Part shown: positions 19,023 to 26,856 of the stretch, piece by piece
How positions within the stretch are numbered: position 1 is the first letter of the stretch
Layout of the letters: every line of letters starts with the position of its first letter
NCBI GenBank assembly: GCA_038243585.1
Contig: JBBSQY010000041.1
Location: 1-29,299 of the forward strand
Length of the DNA: 29,299 bases
Direction: 5' to 3'
Source of the DNA: Candidatus Sumerlaeales bacterium
GTDB lineage: Bacteria > Sumerlaeota > Sumerlaeia > Sumerlaeales > Sumerlaeaceae
Program-made: the position numbers and the translations under genes
Notes under the pieces: generated by a model
What the model was told of the DNA's origin: nothing
The model's input: the letters and a program-made list of their open reading frames with translations, nothing else
Database searches by the model: none

Positions 19023-19108
19023 GAAGCGATCTTACAAGGTTCTTGAGAAACCTGTCCAGATGGAAAAACAGTAAGCAGGTGCGACGAGCACCCTTGAAAG
19101 GCTCTGGA

Positions 19109-20365
19109 CTACAAGACCGAAGGTTCTAGCAGTTCGCTTTGATAGCGATGGATTTTTTGTACCGCTTCGATAATCTGCTCCATATCAGCCTGCTCTTCCA
19201 GCAGCAGCCGGTGAGGTAGCCAGACCATTTCATCGGTGCAGTATCGTTCGGCGGCCGGGCAGGAAACCGTATTGTAATGGATGCCGCGCTGGTTGCAGAG
19301 ATCGGAAAGAAATTTGTCTTCCGGGCGTGGAGAATCATTCAGGGTTTGGAAACAGGGATTTTTATAGACCGGGTGCAGATACCCGCCTGAGCAAGGCACG
19401 CCTTCGGCTTCCAACGCTTCAAGAAATTTCTCCCTCGGCAGCCCGCCAAAGGCCTCTGCGTCGTAGCGAAAAAGGTACATATGCCATGATCGACGGGTAA
19501 CGGCGGCGGGGCGTGGTGGGATAAGCATACCGGGAATTTTTGAAAAGCCGGCGTCCAGAATCGCGCTGTTCACTTCCCGCTTATCTGTCTGTTCCGGCAA
19601 GCGCTCCATTTGCGCCAGTAACATCGCGGCCTGAACTTCTGTCATCCTGTTATTTCCAGACAATAGGTAATGATTATACCACTCGCCTTCTTCAAAACGG
19701 CCGACATGGGTATATGACCGGGCAATTTTTGCCAGTTCGTCGTCATCGGTTAAAATGATCCCCCCTTCGCCGGCTGTGATGTTTTTGCTGTTTTGGAAGC
19801 TGAAACTGCCGATATCGCCAATAGCACCGGTACCCTTGCCATTCCATTGACTTCCCCACGAGTGGCAGGCATCTTCAATCAGGCGGATGTTATGTTTTTT
19901 TGCGAAGGCGAGGGCTTTGTCCATGTCCACCGGAAGTCCCGCAAAATGCACTACCATGACAGCTTTTGTATTTTCGGTTATCAGGTGCTCTGCAGATTCA
20001 AAGTCGATGTTCGCCGTTTCCGGGACCACATCCGCAAAAACCGGAATGGCGTTTAATGAGGTGACGGCGGTGGCGCTGGCGACGAAAGTGTAGGCGGGAA
20101 CAATGACTTCGTCTCCCACAGTAATCCCGAGGGCTTTCATTGCTATTATGAGACCGACCGTGCCGTTGTTACAGGTTATGCCATGACGGGCACCGTGGTA
20201 GGCGGCAAATTCGGTTTCGAACTGCTTGACGTTTTTACCCCACCACCAGTCTCCGCTGCGAACAACCTCCGCTACGCGTTCTTCCTCTTCAGGACCGTGC
20301 ATCGGCCAGGCAATCATTGATTTCGTTCGCGTTGCTGTGCCACCGGTAAGTGCTAAATCACCCAC
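19109..20365 (-). CDS. DegT/DnrJ/EryC1/StrS family PLP aminotransferase (AHBA-synthase/BtrR-like branch)
   Basis: GDEVIVPAYTFVASA, IEDACHSWG, SFSFQNSKNITAGEGG (PLP lysine), NNRMTEVQAAML. GTG start with AGGAG RBS at 20372-20376. Confidence 0.93.
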   Translation of the reverse strand: MGDLALTGGTATRTKSMIAWPMHGPEEEERVAEVVRSGDWWWGKNVKQFETEFAAYHGARHGITCNNGTVGLIIAMKALGITVGDEVIVPAYTFVASATAVTSLNAIPVFADVVPETANIDFESAEHLITENTKAVMVVHFAGLPVDMDKALAFAKKHNIRLIEDACHSWGSQWNGKGTGAIGDIGSFSFQNSKNITAGEGGIILTDDDELAKIARSYTHVGRFEEGEWYNHYLLSGNNRMTEVQAAMLLAQMERLPEQTDKREVNSAILDAGFSKIPGMLIPPRPAAVTRRSWHMYLFRYDAEAFGGLPREKFLEALEAEGVPCSGGYLHPVYKNPCFQTLNDSPRPEDKFLSDLCNQRGIHYNTVSCPAAERYCTDEMVWLPHRLLLEEQADMEQIIEAVQKIHRYQSELLEPSVL

Positions 20366-20400
20366 AGGAAACTCCTAAATCGTTTTATAGTGCTTGTATA

Positions 20401-20429
20401 ATAATAGCATACACAACGCCGCAAGTTAA
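20401..20429 (-). promoter_or_regulatory. Putative sigma-70 extended -10 promoter for the aminotransferase gene
   Basis: Minus strand TTAACT-17 nt-TATTAT, with TG-N immediately before the -10 box. Confidence 0.35.
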
Positions 20430-20454
20430 ATCTATGATTCTATCCATTAAAGTT

Positions 20455-20477
20455 AGGGATGGCTCGCCGAGCCGTCC
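20455..20477 (+). repeat. REP-like family B, copy 1
   Basis: AGGGATGGCTCGCCGAGCCGTCC; hairpin GGATGGCTC-GCC-GAGCCGTCC; 21/23 identical to 20802-20824. Confidence 0.7.
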
Positions 20478-20520
20478 GAAAAGCCGACCTGCATATCCTT
20501 ATAAAAACTCGTTTAAGAAC

Positions 20521-20781
20521 CCGTGCGGGAATTCCCTTGTCCGTTCCGCCACCTATTGTTTCCTTTAAATGCAACAATTCCAGCAACGGAGAACAAAATC
20601 AATGGCCACATCCCCGGACCACTACATTATGAACTTTAAACCCGCAAAAATAAAAACGCAAAAAAAACGTGCAAAAACCTTCGCGCGGCCAGCACCCACG
20701 GGCATGAGCGGCACAAAAACCTCTGAAACAGCAAATCGCCGCTTAGGCATATCCCATATAGGAATCCGCACAAAAACCTAA
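20521..20781 (+). pseudogene. Possible highly decayed REP-associated tyrosine transposase (RAYT/IS200-like) remnant
   Basis: Ordered motif-like fragments in different frames: ATYCF (from 20548), NQWPHP (from 20597), PDH (20614-22), KTFAR (20674-88), YRNP (20757-68). They lie between two REP-like repeats. Each match is weak. Confidence 0.25.
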
Positions 20782-20801
20782 AACGTCTTTTAACTCAGGT
20801 A

Positions 20802-20824
20802 AGGGATGGCACACCGAGCCGTCC
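20802..20824 (+). repeat. REP-like family B, copy 2
   Basis: AGGGATGGCACACCGAGCCGTCC preceded by GTA; direct repeat of 20455-20477, 347 bp downstream. Confidence 0.7.
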
Positions 20825-20875
20825 ACTGCGGTCCGGACAGGAGCGGCTTGCGAAAAGCGCTTTCATTATCCTGAG

Positions 20876-20903
20876 TTGCCCCATTGAACTCGCTTTTTAC
20901 ACT
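20876..20903 (+). promoter_or_regulatory. Putative sigma-70 promoter for the livM-like gene
   Basis: TTGCCC-16 nt-TACACT, 30-45 nt upstream of the candidate starts. Confidence 0.35.
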
Positions 20904-20948
20904 CTTTTTGTTTGCGCTGACCGTTAGTTATGGTTGTTCTCTCCCGTC

Positions 20949-22115
20949 ATGCCTAATCGCCTTAAACCAAGAACTCGTCGCCTCCTGCTGATTGTGGCTT
21001 ATATCGCAGTGGTGCTTGCTGTGCCTGCGCTAATGGAGTCCGTTCTCAGCAATTCGGCCTATTCCGTGGGCCTTAACATGATCGTAAAAGCCGGCTATTT
21101 CGCCATTGCTGCACTCGGTCTTAATATTATCGTGGGTTACTGCGGTCTACTAAACCTGGGCTTTGCGGGTTTCATGTTGATAGGCAGCTATACGGCCGGA
21201 ATCCTGATGAAAGAATTTGATTTCTCGTTCTGGACCGCGGCGCTGGCCGCCGTATTGCACGGCGCATTCTGGGGCGTGATACTGGGACTGCCGACACTTC
21301 GGTTGACCGGCGACTATTTCGCCATCGTCACATTCGGATTCGGCGAGCTGGTGAACATGCTTGCACGTAACTGGGTCAGCATGACGCGCGGCCCACGCGG
21401 CTATCCGGGGGTGCCCCGTCCGACGCTGGATTTCTCATGGCTGCACAGCCTCGGCATCGCCCGGGACACAAACCTGAAATTCGTCTTTAATATCTTTGGC
21501 GACACGCGGAACCTCTACTGGTATCTGGTAGCGGCGCTGCTGGGTATCACCATGTTTTTCACAGAAAGGCTTTGGCGCTCCCGCCTGGGCCGGGCGTGGG
21601 CTGCTCTTCGCGAAGATGAGGTGGCGGCGGAAGCCTGCGGCATCAACGCCATGTGGTACAAGACCATCGCCTTCGCTATCAGTGCGGGCATCGGTGCGCT
21701 GGCCGGCGCTTTTGAGGTCAGCTTTTCCACCATGGCCGATTTCCGCAATTACGATTTCATGGTGTCCGTCTCAGTACTGGCCTACCTGGTTCTGGGGGGA
21801 ATGGGAACAGTACGCGGCAGCGTCTTAGGTGCTTTCGTGCTGGTCGCCCTGGGCGAGCTGCTGAGGAAGAGTCCTGCCATCTATCTATCATACGGCTTGG
21901 AAGGCTGGTGGCCGTCAGGGGCATCATGGTTGCGCGATCTGCCGTGGGTGCCGGATATGCGTATGATCCTATATGGCGTCATCCTGGTGCTGATGATCCG
22001 GTTTCGACCAGAGGGATTATTACCCAGTCGCAGTCGATCGCGGGAGCTGCACGGCGGCGAGAGCAACGATGACCCGGTCACGAAAGACCCACTGTTTACG
22101 CTACGCACAGAATAG
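20949..22115 (+). CDS. livM: Branched-chain amino acid ABC transporter permease (LivM-type)
   Basis: LGLNIIVGYCGLLNLGFAGF, LRLTGDYFAIVTFGFGE, SRLGRAWAALREDEVAAEACGIN, VLGGMGT, RFRPEGL. ATG 20949 preferred over TTG 20934. Confidence 0.92.
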   Translation: MPNRLKPRTRRLLLIVAYIAVVLAVPALMESVLSNSAYSVGLNMIVKAGYFAIAALGLNIIVGYCGLLNLGFAGFMLIGSYTAGILMKEFDFSFWTAALAAVLHGAFWGVILGLPTLRLTGDYFAIVTFGFGELVNMLARNWVSMTRGPRGYPGVPRPTLDFSWLHSLGIARDTNLKFVFNIFGDTRNLYWYLVAALLGITMFFTERLWRSRLGRAWAALREDEVAAEACGINAMWYKTIAFAISAGIGALAGAFEVSFSTMADFRNYDFMVSVSVLAYLVLGGMGTVRGSVLGAFVLVALGELLRKSPAIYLSYGLEGWWPSGASWLRDLPWVPDMRMILYGVILVLMIRFRPEGLLPSRSRSRELHGGESNDDPVTKDPLFTLRTE

Positions 22116-22163
22116 TACCAAACTTTTAAAGATCGGGCGTCAGGCCCAAATCGGAGTTTCAGA

Positions 22164-23720
22164 ATGAATTTGACTCACTTAAGCTTAGCTACAATGATGG
22201 CCGTGCTGGTTGCCCCTGCGACCGCGCAAATCATTATTACTGACGCTACGACCACAGGCACTGCTAGAGCGCCGCTGGAACAGCGCCTTGACGCCATTTT
22301 TGACGATCCGAAGTGGGACAGCACCTGGTGGGGCGTTGTTGTTCAGGACCTTGAGACAAGCAAGATCATTTATAATCGTAACGCCGAGAAGAGCTTTGCC
22401 CCCGCTTCAAACATGAAGTTATATACCACGGCAGCTGCGCTTTCCACCCTCGGAGCTGACTACAAATTTGAAACGAAAATTTACGCCACCGGCACTACAG
22501 ATTCTCAAGGGATGCTGCATGGAGACATCATTGTCGTTGGCAGCGGCGACCCATCGATTTCGGGCCGGTACCTGGACGATAAACCGACGACCGCGATCCT
22601 TGCCGAGTGGGCCGACGCTATAACTAGCGCGGGCATCAAGGGGATCACCGGCCGTATCATTGGCGACGACGATATCTTTGACGACAGTCCAATCTCCAGC
22701 ACCTGGGTAGCCGATTATCTGCAGGAGTGGTATGCGGCGGAAAACAGCGGTCTTGCCATAAACGAAAACTGCTGGGACGTTCTTCTTACGCCGACTCATC
22801 CGAAAGTAACAGACTTACTAATTACAGAATATTACACTGTAGATGCGGGCGATATCAAAGTCGTGCCAAATGATGATCGCGAAACGAGCGCCCCGGCGGA
22901 AGAAGAGGCGCGCCTTTCCATAGATGCTGTTCTTGAGCGAAGGGACCGGAATCGAATCAGCCTTTCGGGTACCATTGAAGCTGACAGTGCGCCAGTAAAG
23001 GAGTGGGGTTCAATCCACAATGGAACATTATTTACGGTTACTTTACTGAAGGAAGAGTTGGAACGCAAGTGGTCCTTGAGAAGTGGGAACCGGTTACTTT
23101 TTGAAAATAAAGGCCTGCAAGCTGTGGATATTGACGACTTGGATAAGCAGATCGCCGAGTATCTGAAGTCTAACCGCGGCAGCCTGCTGCATACTCATGT
23201 TTCTCCACCGCTTTCAAAAATTCTGGCAATCATCAACAAGCCAAGTCAGAACTTTTATGCGGATATGCTACTTAAAGGTCTTGGGGCCGAAGCCCATGAG
23301 CTTGGCTCTTTCAGCAACGGCGAAAAGGTGGTAAAGGATATGCTGACCACTGCCGGTGTGGACTCGCGCTCGCTGAATATGTCTGACGGCAGCGGTCTGA
23401 GCCGGTATAATCGGGTCGAGCCGCGCCAGACACTGGCTCTGCTCAACTATATGTATCACCGTCCGGATTTTGCCGTCTTTGAGGCAAGCCTGCCGATCAT
23501 GGGGCTGGACGGTACCCTGCGCGGCCGCATGAAAGGCACCATGGCTGAAGGCAACGTCAAAGCCAAGACAGGAACCATCGGAGGAGTGCGAGCCCTGAGC
23601 GGATACATGACAGCCAACGGTCGCCGCCTGGCATTCTCAATGATGGCGAACAACTACTACACCCCAACCAGTGCTGCGACGGAAGCGCAGGACCAAGCCG
23701 TACTGGAGATAATGAAGTAG
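22164..23720 (+). CDS. dacB: D-alanyl-D-alanine carboxypeptidase/endopeptidase (PBP4, peptidase S13)
   Basis: Signal peptide; SxxK (PASNMK), GSGDPS, SxN (PSQNFYA), DGSGLSRYN, KTG (KAKTGT), LSGY. Confidence 0.95.
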   Translation: MNLTHLSLATMMAVLVAPATAQIIITDATTTGTARAPLEQRLDAIFDDPKWDSTWWGVVVQDLETSKIIYNRNAEKSFAPASNMKLYTTAAALSTLGADYKFETKIYATGTTDSQGMLHGDIIVVGSGDPSISGRYLDDKPTTAILAEWADAITSAGIKGITGRIIGDDDIFDDSPISSTWVADYLQEWYAAENSGLAINENCWDVLLTPTHPKVTDLLITEYYTVDAGDIKVVPNDDRETSAPAEEEARLSIDAVLERRDRNRISLSGTIEADSAPVKEWGSIHNGTLFTVTLLKEELERKWSLRSGNRLLFENKGLQAVDIDDLDKQIAEYLKSNRGSLLHTHVSPPLSKILAIINKPSQNFYADMLLKGLGAEAHELGSFSNGEKVVKDMLTTAGVDSRSLNMSDGSGLSRYNRVEPRQTLALLNYMYHRPDFAVFEASLPIMGLDGTLRGRMKGTMAEGNVKAKTGTIGGVRALSGYMTANGRRLAFSMMANNYYTPTSAATEAQDQAVLEIMK

Positions 23721-23756
23721 CACCGGAATGAAGTAGCATAGGCGCCCCGCCTGTGT
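23711..23756 (+). repeat. REP family A copy preceded by a duplicated head
   Basis: AATGAAGTAGCAC (23711-23, contains the dacB stop), then ATGAAGTAGCATAGGCGCCCCGCCTGTGT (23728-23756), one mismatch in 29 to the copies at 2708 and 17841. Confidence 0.85.
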
Positions 23757-23781
23757 GGACCCGGAGGGTTCAAATTGCGAA

Positions 23782-25098
23782 ATGGCTAAAATCGTCCATC
23801 GTCATAGTAAACAATACGCAAACGGACAATGGCGACCGGCCTGTGCTGCTTTCTTACTGCTGTCCATTTGCATATTGTTAACTGGATGTCGCGGTAGAGA
23901 CTCCGCCGGCGATGCCATTACAATCATTCTGGATCCAGGTGCGAACAGCTTCGCCGTTGATCAGCAACTGGCGCGGGAGTTCGAACGAGAAACCGGGCAC
24001 GCGGTTCGGTTGCTGAAGGCGCCGGCAAGTTCTACGGAGCGGCTGTCGCAGTATCTGCAATATCTGGGGGCGGAGTCACCGGATGTTGACGTGTATCAGG
24101 TGGATGTGATCTGGCCCGCGACTTTGGAGAACCACCTTGCTGATCTGTCGGAATCCTTTACCACAGAAACGGCGGCATTTCTGCCAGCGCTTATCGCCAA
24201 CAATACCATCAACGGAAAGCTGCTGGCGATTCCCTGGTACGTGGATGTGCCGCTGCTTTATTACCGGGATGATTTGTTAAGAAAATATGGTTTCCAGGAA
24301 CCACCTGCCACCTGGGACGAACTGACGACGATGGCGGCTGCTGTCCAGCGGGGTGAACGCATGGCCGGGCAGGCAGCGCTCTGGGGATTTGTATGGCAGG
24401 GCATGGCCTACGAGGGGCTGACGTGTAACGCGCTGGAGTGGCAGGTAAGCGAAGGCGGCGGGCGCATTGTGGCCGAAGAAGGCGCTATTGAAGTCAACAC
24501 GCCGGGCGCGCGGCGGGCGTTTACGCGAGCGGCGGGTTGGGTGGGATCGATTTCACCGCCGGGAGTCACTACCTATGCCGAGGAGGAATGTCGACAGATG
24601 TTTCAGTCCGGCAACGCAGTATTTATGCGAAACTGGCCCTACGCCTACAGTCTGGTAAACGGCAATGAATCTCCCGTGGCTGGTAAGGTCAGGACGGCGT
24701 CTTTGCCGGCGGGAAGCGCGGGTCGGGCGGCAGTTTTGGGCGGGTGGCAACTTGCGGTTTCTCGCTACAGCAAAAATCCCGCGGCGGCGACGGAACTTGT
24801 TCGATATATGACGAGCCGACACGGCCAGAAACAGGAGGCCCTGGGGGCATCGCGACTGCCCACCCGGTTGGCGTTGTATGACGACCCGGATATTGCCAGC
24901 GAGTTTCCGTTCATACCCACAATGCGCCACACGCTCGACAATGCCGTAGCGCGGCCATCCAAAGTAGTCGGTGTGGATTACAACGAGGTGAGTACCTACT
25001 ACTATCAGGCGGTTCATGAAATCCTGACGGGACAAAATTCGGCGGACGAAGCATTGTCCAACCTCGACGCGCTATTGCGCAAAGTGCTCGATCAATGA
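23782..25098 (+). CDS. Sugar ABC transporter substrate-binding lipoprotein (trehalose/maltose ThuE-like)
   Basis: Lipobox LLTGC; DVYQVDVIWP, LYYRDDLL, WQGMAYEGLTCNALEW, FMRNWPYAY, LGGWQLAVS. ATG 23782 with GGAGG upstream is preferred, because GTG 23755 lies in the REP. Confidence 0.92.
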   Translation: MAKIVHRHSKQYANGQWRPACAAFLLLSICILLTGCRGRDSAGDAITIILDPGANSFAVDQQLAREFERETGHAVRLLKAPASSTERLSQYLQYLGAESPDVDVYQVDVIWPATLENHLADLSESFTTETAAFLPALIANNTINGKLLAIPWYVDVPLLYYRDDLLRKYGFQEPPATWDELTTMAAAVQRGERMAGQAALWGFVWQGMAYEGLTCNALEWQVSEGGGRIVAEEGAIEVNTPGARRAFTRAAGWVGSISPPGVTTYAEEECRQMFQSGNAVFMRNWPYAYSLVNGNESPVAGKVRTASLPAGSAGRAAVLGGWQLAVSRYSKNPAAATELVRYMTSRHGQKQEALGASRLPTRLALYDDPDIASEFPFIPTMRHTLDNAVARPSKVVGVDYNEVSTYYYQAVHEILTGQNSADEALSNLDALLRKVLDQ

Positions 25099-26000
25099 AG
25101 CGCAAAGTCGGCCTGCAATATAAGCTGGAACGCGCCGGCTGGCTGTTTCTCGCTCCGGCACTTGTGATTCTTGGGCTGGTCGGACTTTATCCGCTGGCCC
25201 AGACTTTTATCGTCAGCCTGACTGATGCCCGAATGGCAAGCGGTGAACCGGGACGGTTTGTAGGACTACGAAACTACGGAGATTTGTTTCAACTCAAACC
25301 GTTCTGGCTGGCGGTGCGTACCACGGTTCTGTTTACCGCCGTAAGCGTAACGATCGAACTGATTTTAGGTATCGCCATAGCTCTGATCTTGCAAAGCGGA
25401 CTGCGGGCGCGGGGCTTTTTGCGGGCGGCGATTTTGGTACCTTGGGCTCTGCCGACAGTGGTCTCAGCGCGGATGTGGAATTACATGCTGGTGGACACCT
25501 ACGGCGTAGTGAACGATATTCTAGTGACCCGCCTCCATCTGCTGCCGGAAAAGGTGGCGTGGCTGGCAGAGCCGGGTCTGGCCTTGATGGCCGTAGTGGC
25601 GGTGGACGTGTGGAAGACGACACCATTTGTGGTGCTGCTGATACTGGCAGGGCTGCAGCTTATCCCGCGGCAAACTTATGAGGCAGCGGAAGTGGACGGC
25701 GCATCGTGGTGGCAGCAATTTCGGAGCATTACGCTGCCCATGCTGACCCCTACGATCCTGGTTGTCGTCATTTTCCGAACCCTAGACGCCTTGCGCGTGT
25801 TTGATGCAGTGTGGGTGCTGACGCGGGGGCAACTTGGCACAGAGACGATGGCGACTTACACTTATCGTCAGATGGTCGACTTCCGGAAAATTGGCTTTGG
25901 CAGTGCCGCGAGTGTAACGATTTTCGCGCTTATCGCTGCGTTTGTCGTGGTCTACCTTCTAGCTGCACGGTCAGCCACCGGCGGAGATGACCAGCAATGA
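25095..26000 (+). CDS. Sugar ABC transporter permease (MalF/ThuF-type)
   Basis: FVGLRNY, LVPWALPTVVS, DVWKTTPF, EAA loop YEAAEVDGASWWQQFRSITLP; ATGA overlap with the binding-protein gene. Confidence 0.94.
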   Translation: MKRKVGLQYKLERAGWLFLAPALVILGLVGLYPLAQTFIVSLTDARMASGEPGRFVGLRNYGDLFQLKPFWLAVRTTVLFTAVSVTIELILGIAIALILQSGLRARGFLRAAILVPWALPTVVSARMWNYMLVDTYGVVNDILVTRLHLLPEKVAWLAEPGLALMAVVAVDVWKTTPFVVLLILAGLQLIPRQTYEAAEVDGASWWQQFRSITLPMLTPTILVVVIFRTLDALRVFDAVWVLTRGQLGTETMATYTYRQMVDFRKIGFGSAASVTIFALIAAFVVVYLLAARSATGGDDQQ

Positions 26001-26824
26001 TCCTGCGTCGCATCCTCTATCTCCTGGCGCTCCTCCTGATGGTCGTTTATGCGCTGTTTCCGTTTTACTGGGCTCTTAGCGGATCATTGCAACCGTCGGA
26101 GAAGCTGTTCGCTATTCCCGCCGATTACTTTCCCTGGCCCGCTACGCTGGAAAGTTACAGGCAAATCTTTGCCGATGAAGTTTTTCTTAAGGGGCTGCGC
26201 AATTCCGTTATTGTCGCGGGAAGCGTGACGCTGCTGGCTTTGGCAACCGGGAGCCTGGCAGCCTGCGCGCTGGCACGTTTTCGAATGCGCGGTGCCCGAA
26301 TAGTTCTTGGGTTGATTCTGGCCATGACAATGTTTCCGCAGATCGCGGTCCTTGGTGCCGTTCACGCCATTATCTCTTTTCTTGGTCTCTATAATTCTCT
26401 GGCTGGCCTGATCCTCAGCTATATGCTATTTACTCTGCCGCTCACGGTGTGGGTGCTAACGGGATTTTTTCAGTCGCTTCCCCGGGAACTTGAAGAGAGC
26501 GCTTACGTGGACGGCGCGGGACCGTTCCAGACCTTCTGGCGGATACTATTACCGCTGGCCTCACCGGGCCTGGCGGCGACCGGACTGCTGACGTTTATCG
26601 CCGCGTGGAACGAATACCTGTTTGCCTTGAGCCTGACCATCACGCCGGAAGCGCGGACGGTACCAGTGGTGATCGCAAACTTCAGCGGAGCAACGGTACA
26701 CGAAACGCCCTGGGGGGCAATTATGGCTGCCTGTATCGTAGTAACAGTTCCGCTGGTAATACTTGTAATGGTGTTTCAAAAGCGGATTGTCGAAGGGCTG
26801 ACGGCTGGCGCGGTAAAAGGATAA
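25997..26824 (+). CDS. Sugar ABC transporter permease (MalG/ThuG-type)
   Basis: FPFYW, EAA loop ELEESAYVDGA, FIAAWNEY, FQKRIVEGLTAGAVKG; ATGA overlap. Confidence 0.94.
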   Translation: MILRRILYLLALLLMVVYALFPFYWALSGSLQPSEKLFAIPADYFPWPATLESYRQIFADEVFLKGLRNSVIVAGSVTLLALATGSLAACALARFRMRGARIVLGLILAMTMFPQIAVLGAVHAIISFLGLYNSLAGLILSYMLFTLPLTVWVLTGFFQSLPRELEESAYVDGAGPFQTFWRILLPLASPGLAATGLLTFIAAWNEYLFALSLTITPEARTVPVVIANFSGATVHETPWGAIMAACIVVTVPLVILVMVFQKRIVEGLTAGAVKG

Positions 26825-26856
26825 AAGTAGCACAGACGAGACGTCTGTGCTACTTT
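26824..26856. repeat. REP family A variant as a perfect 15-bp palindrome, probably also a bidirectional terminator
   Basis: AAAGTAGCACAGACG-AGA-CGTCTGTGCTACTTT spans the whole gap between two convergent genes and overlaps both stop codons. Confidence 0.85.

Noticed and set aside
20569..20781. 70-aa ORF as a real small protein
   Set aside because: No RBS, and its Lys-rich composition follows from A-runs; treated instead as part of the possible transposase remnant.
23755..23781. GTG start for the sugar-binding protein given by the ORF track
   Set aside because: The GTG falls at the end of the REP; ATG 23782 has a GGAGG upstream and gives a more plausible lipoprotein signal.
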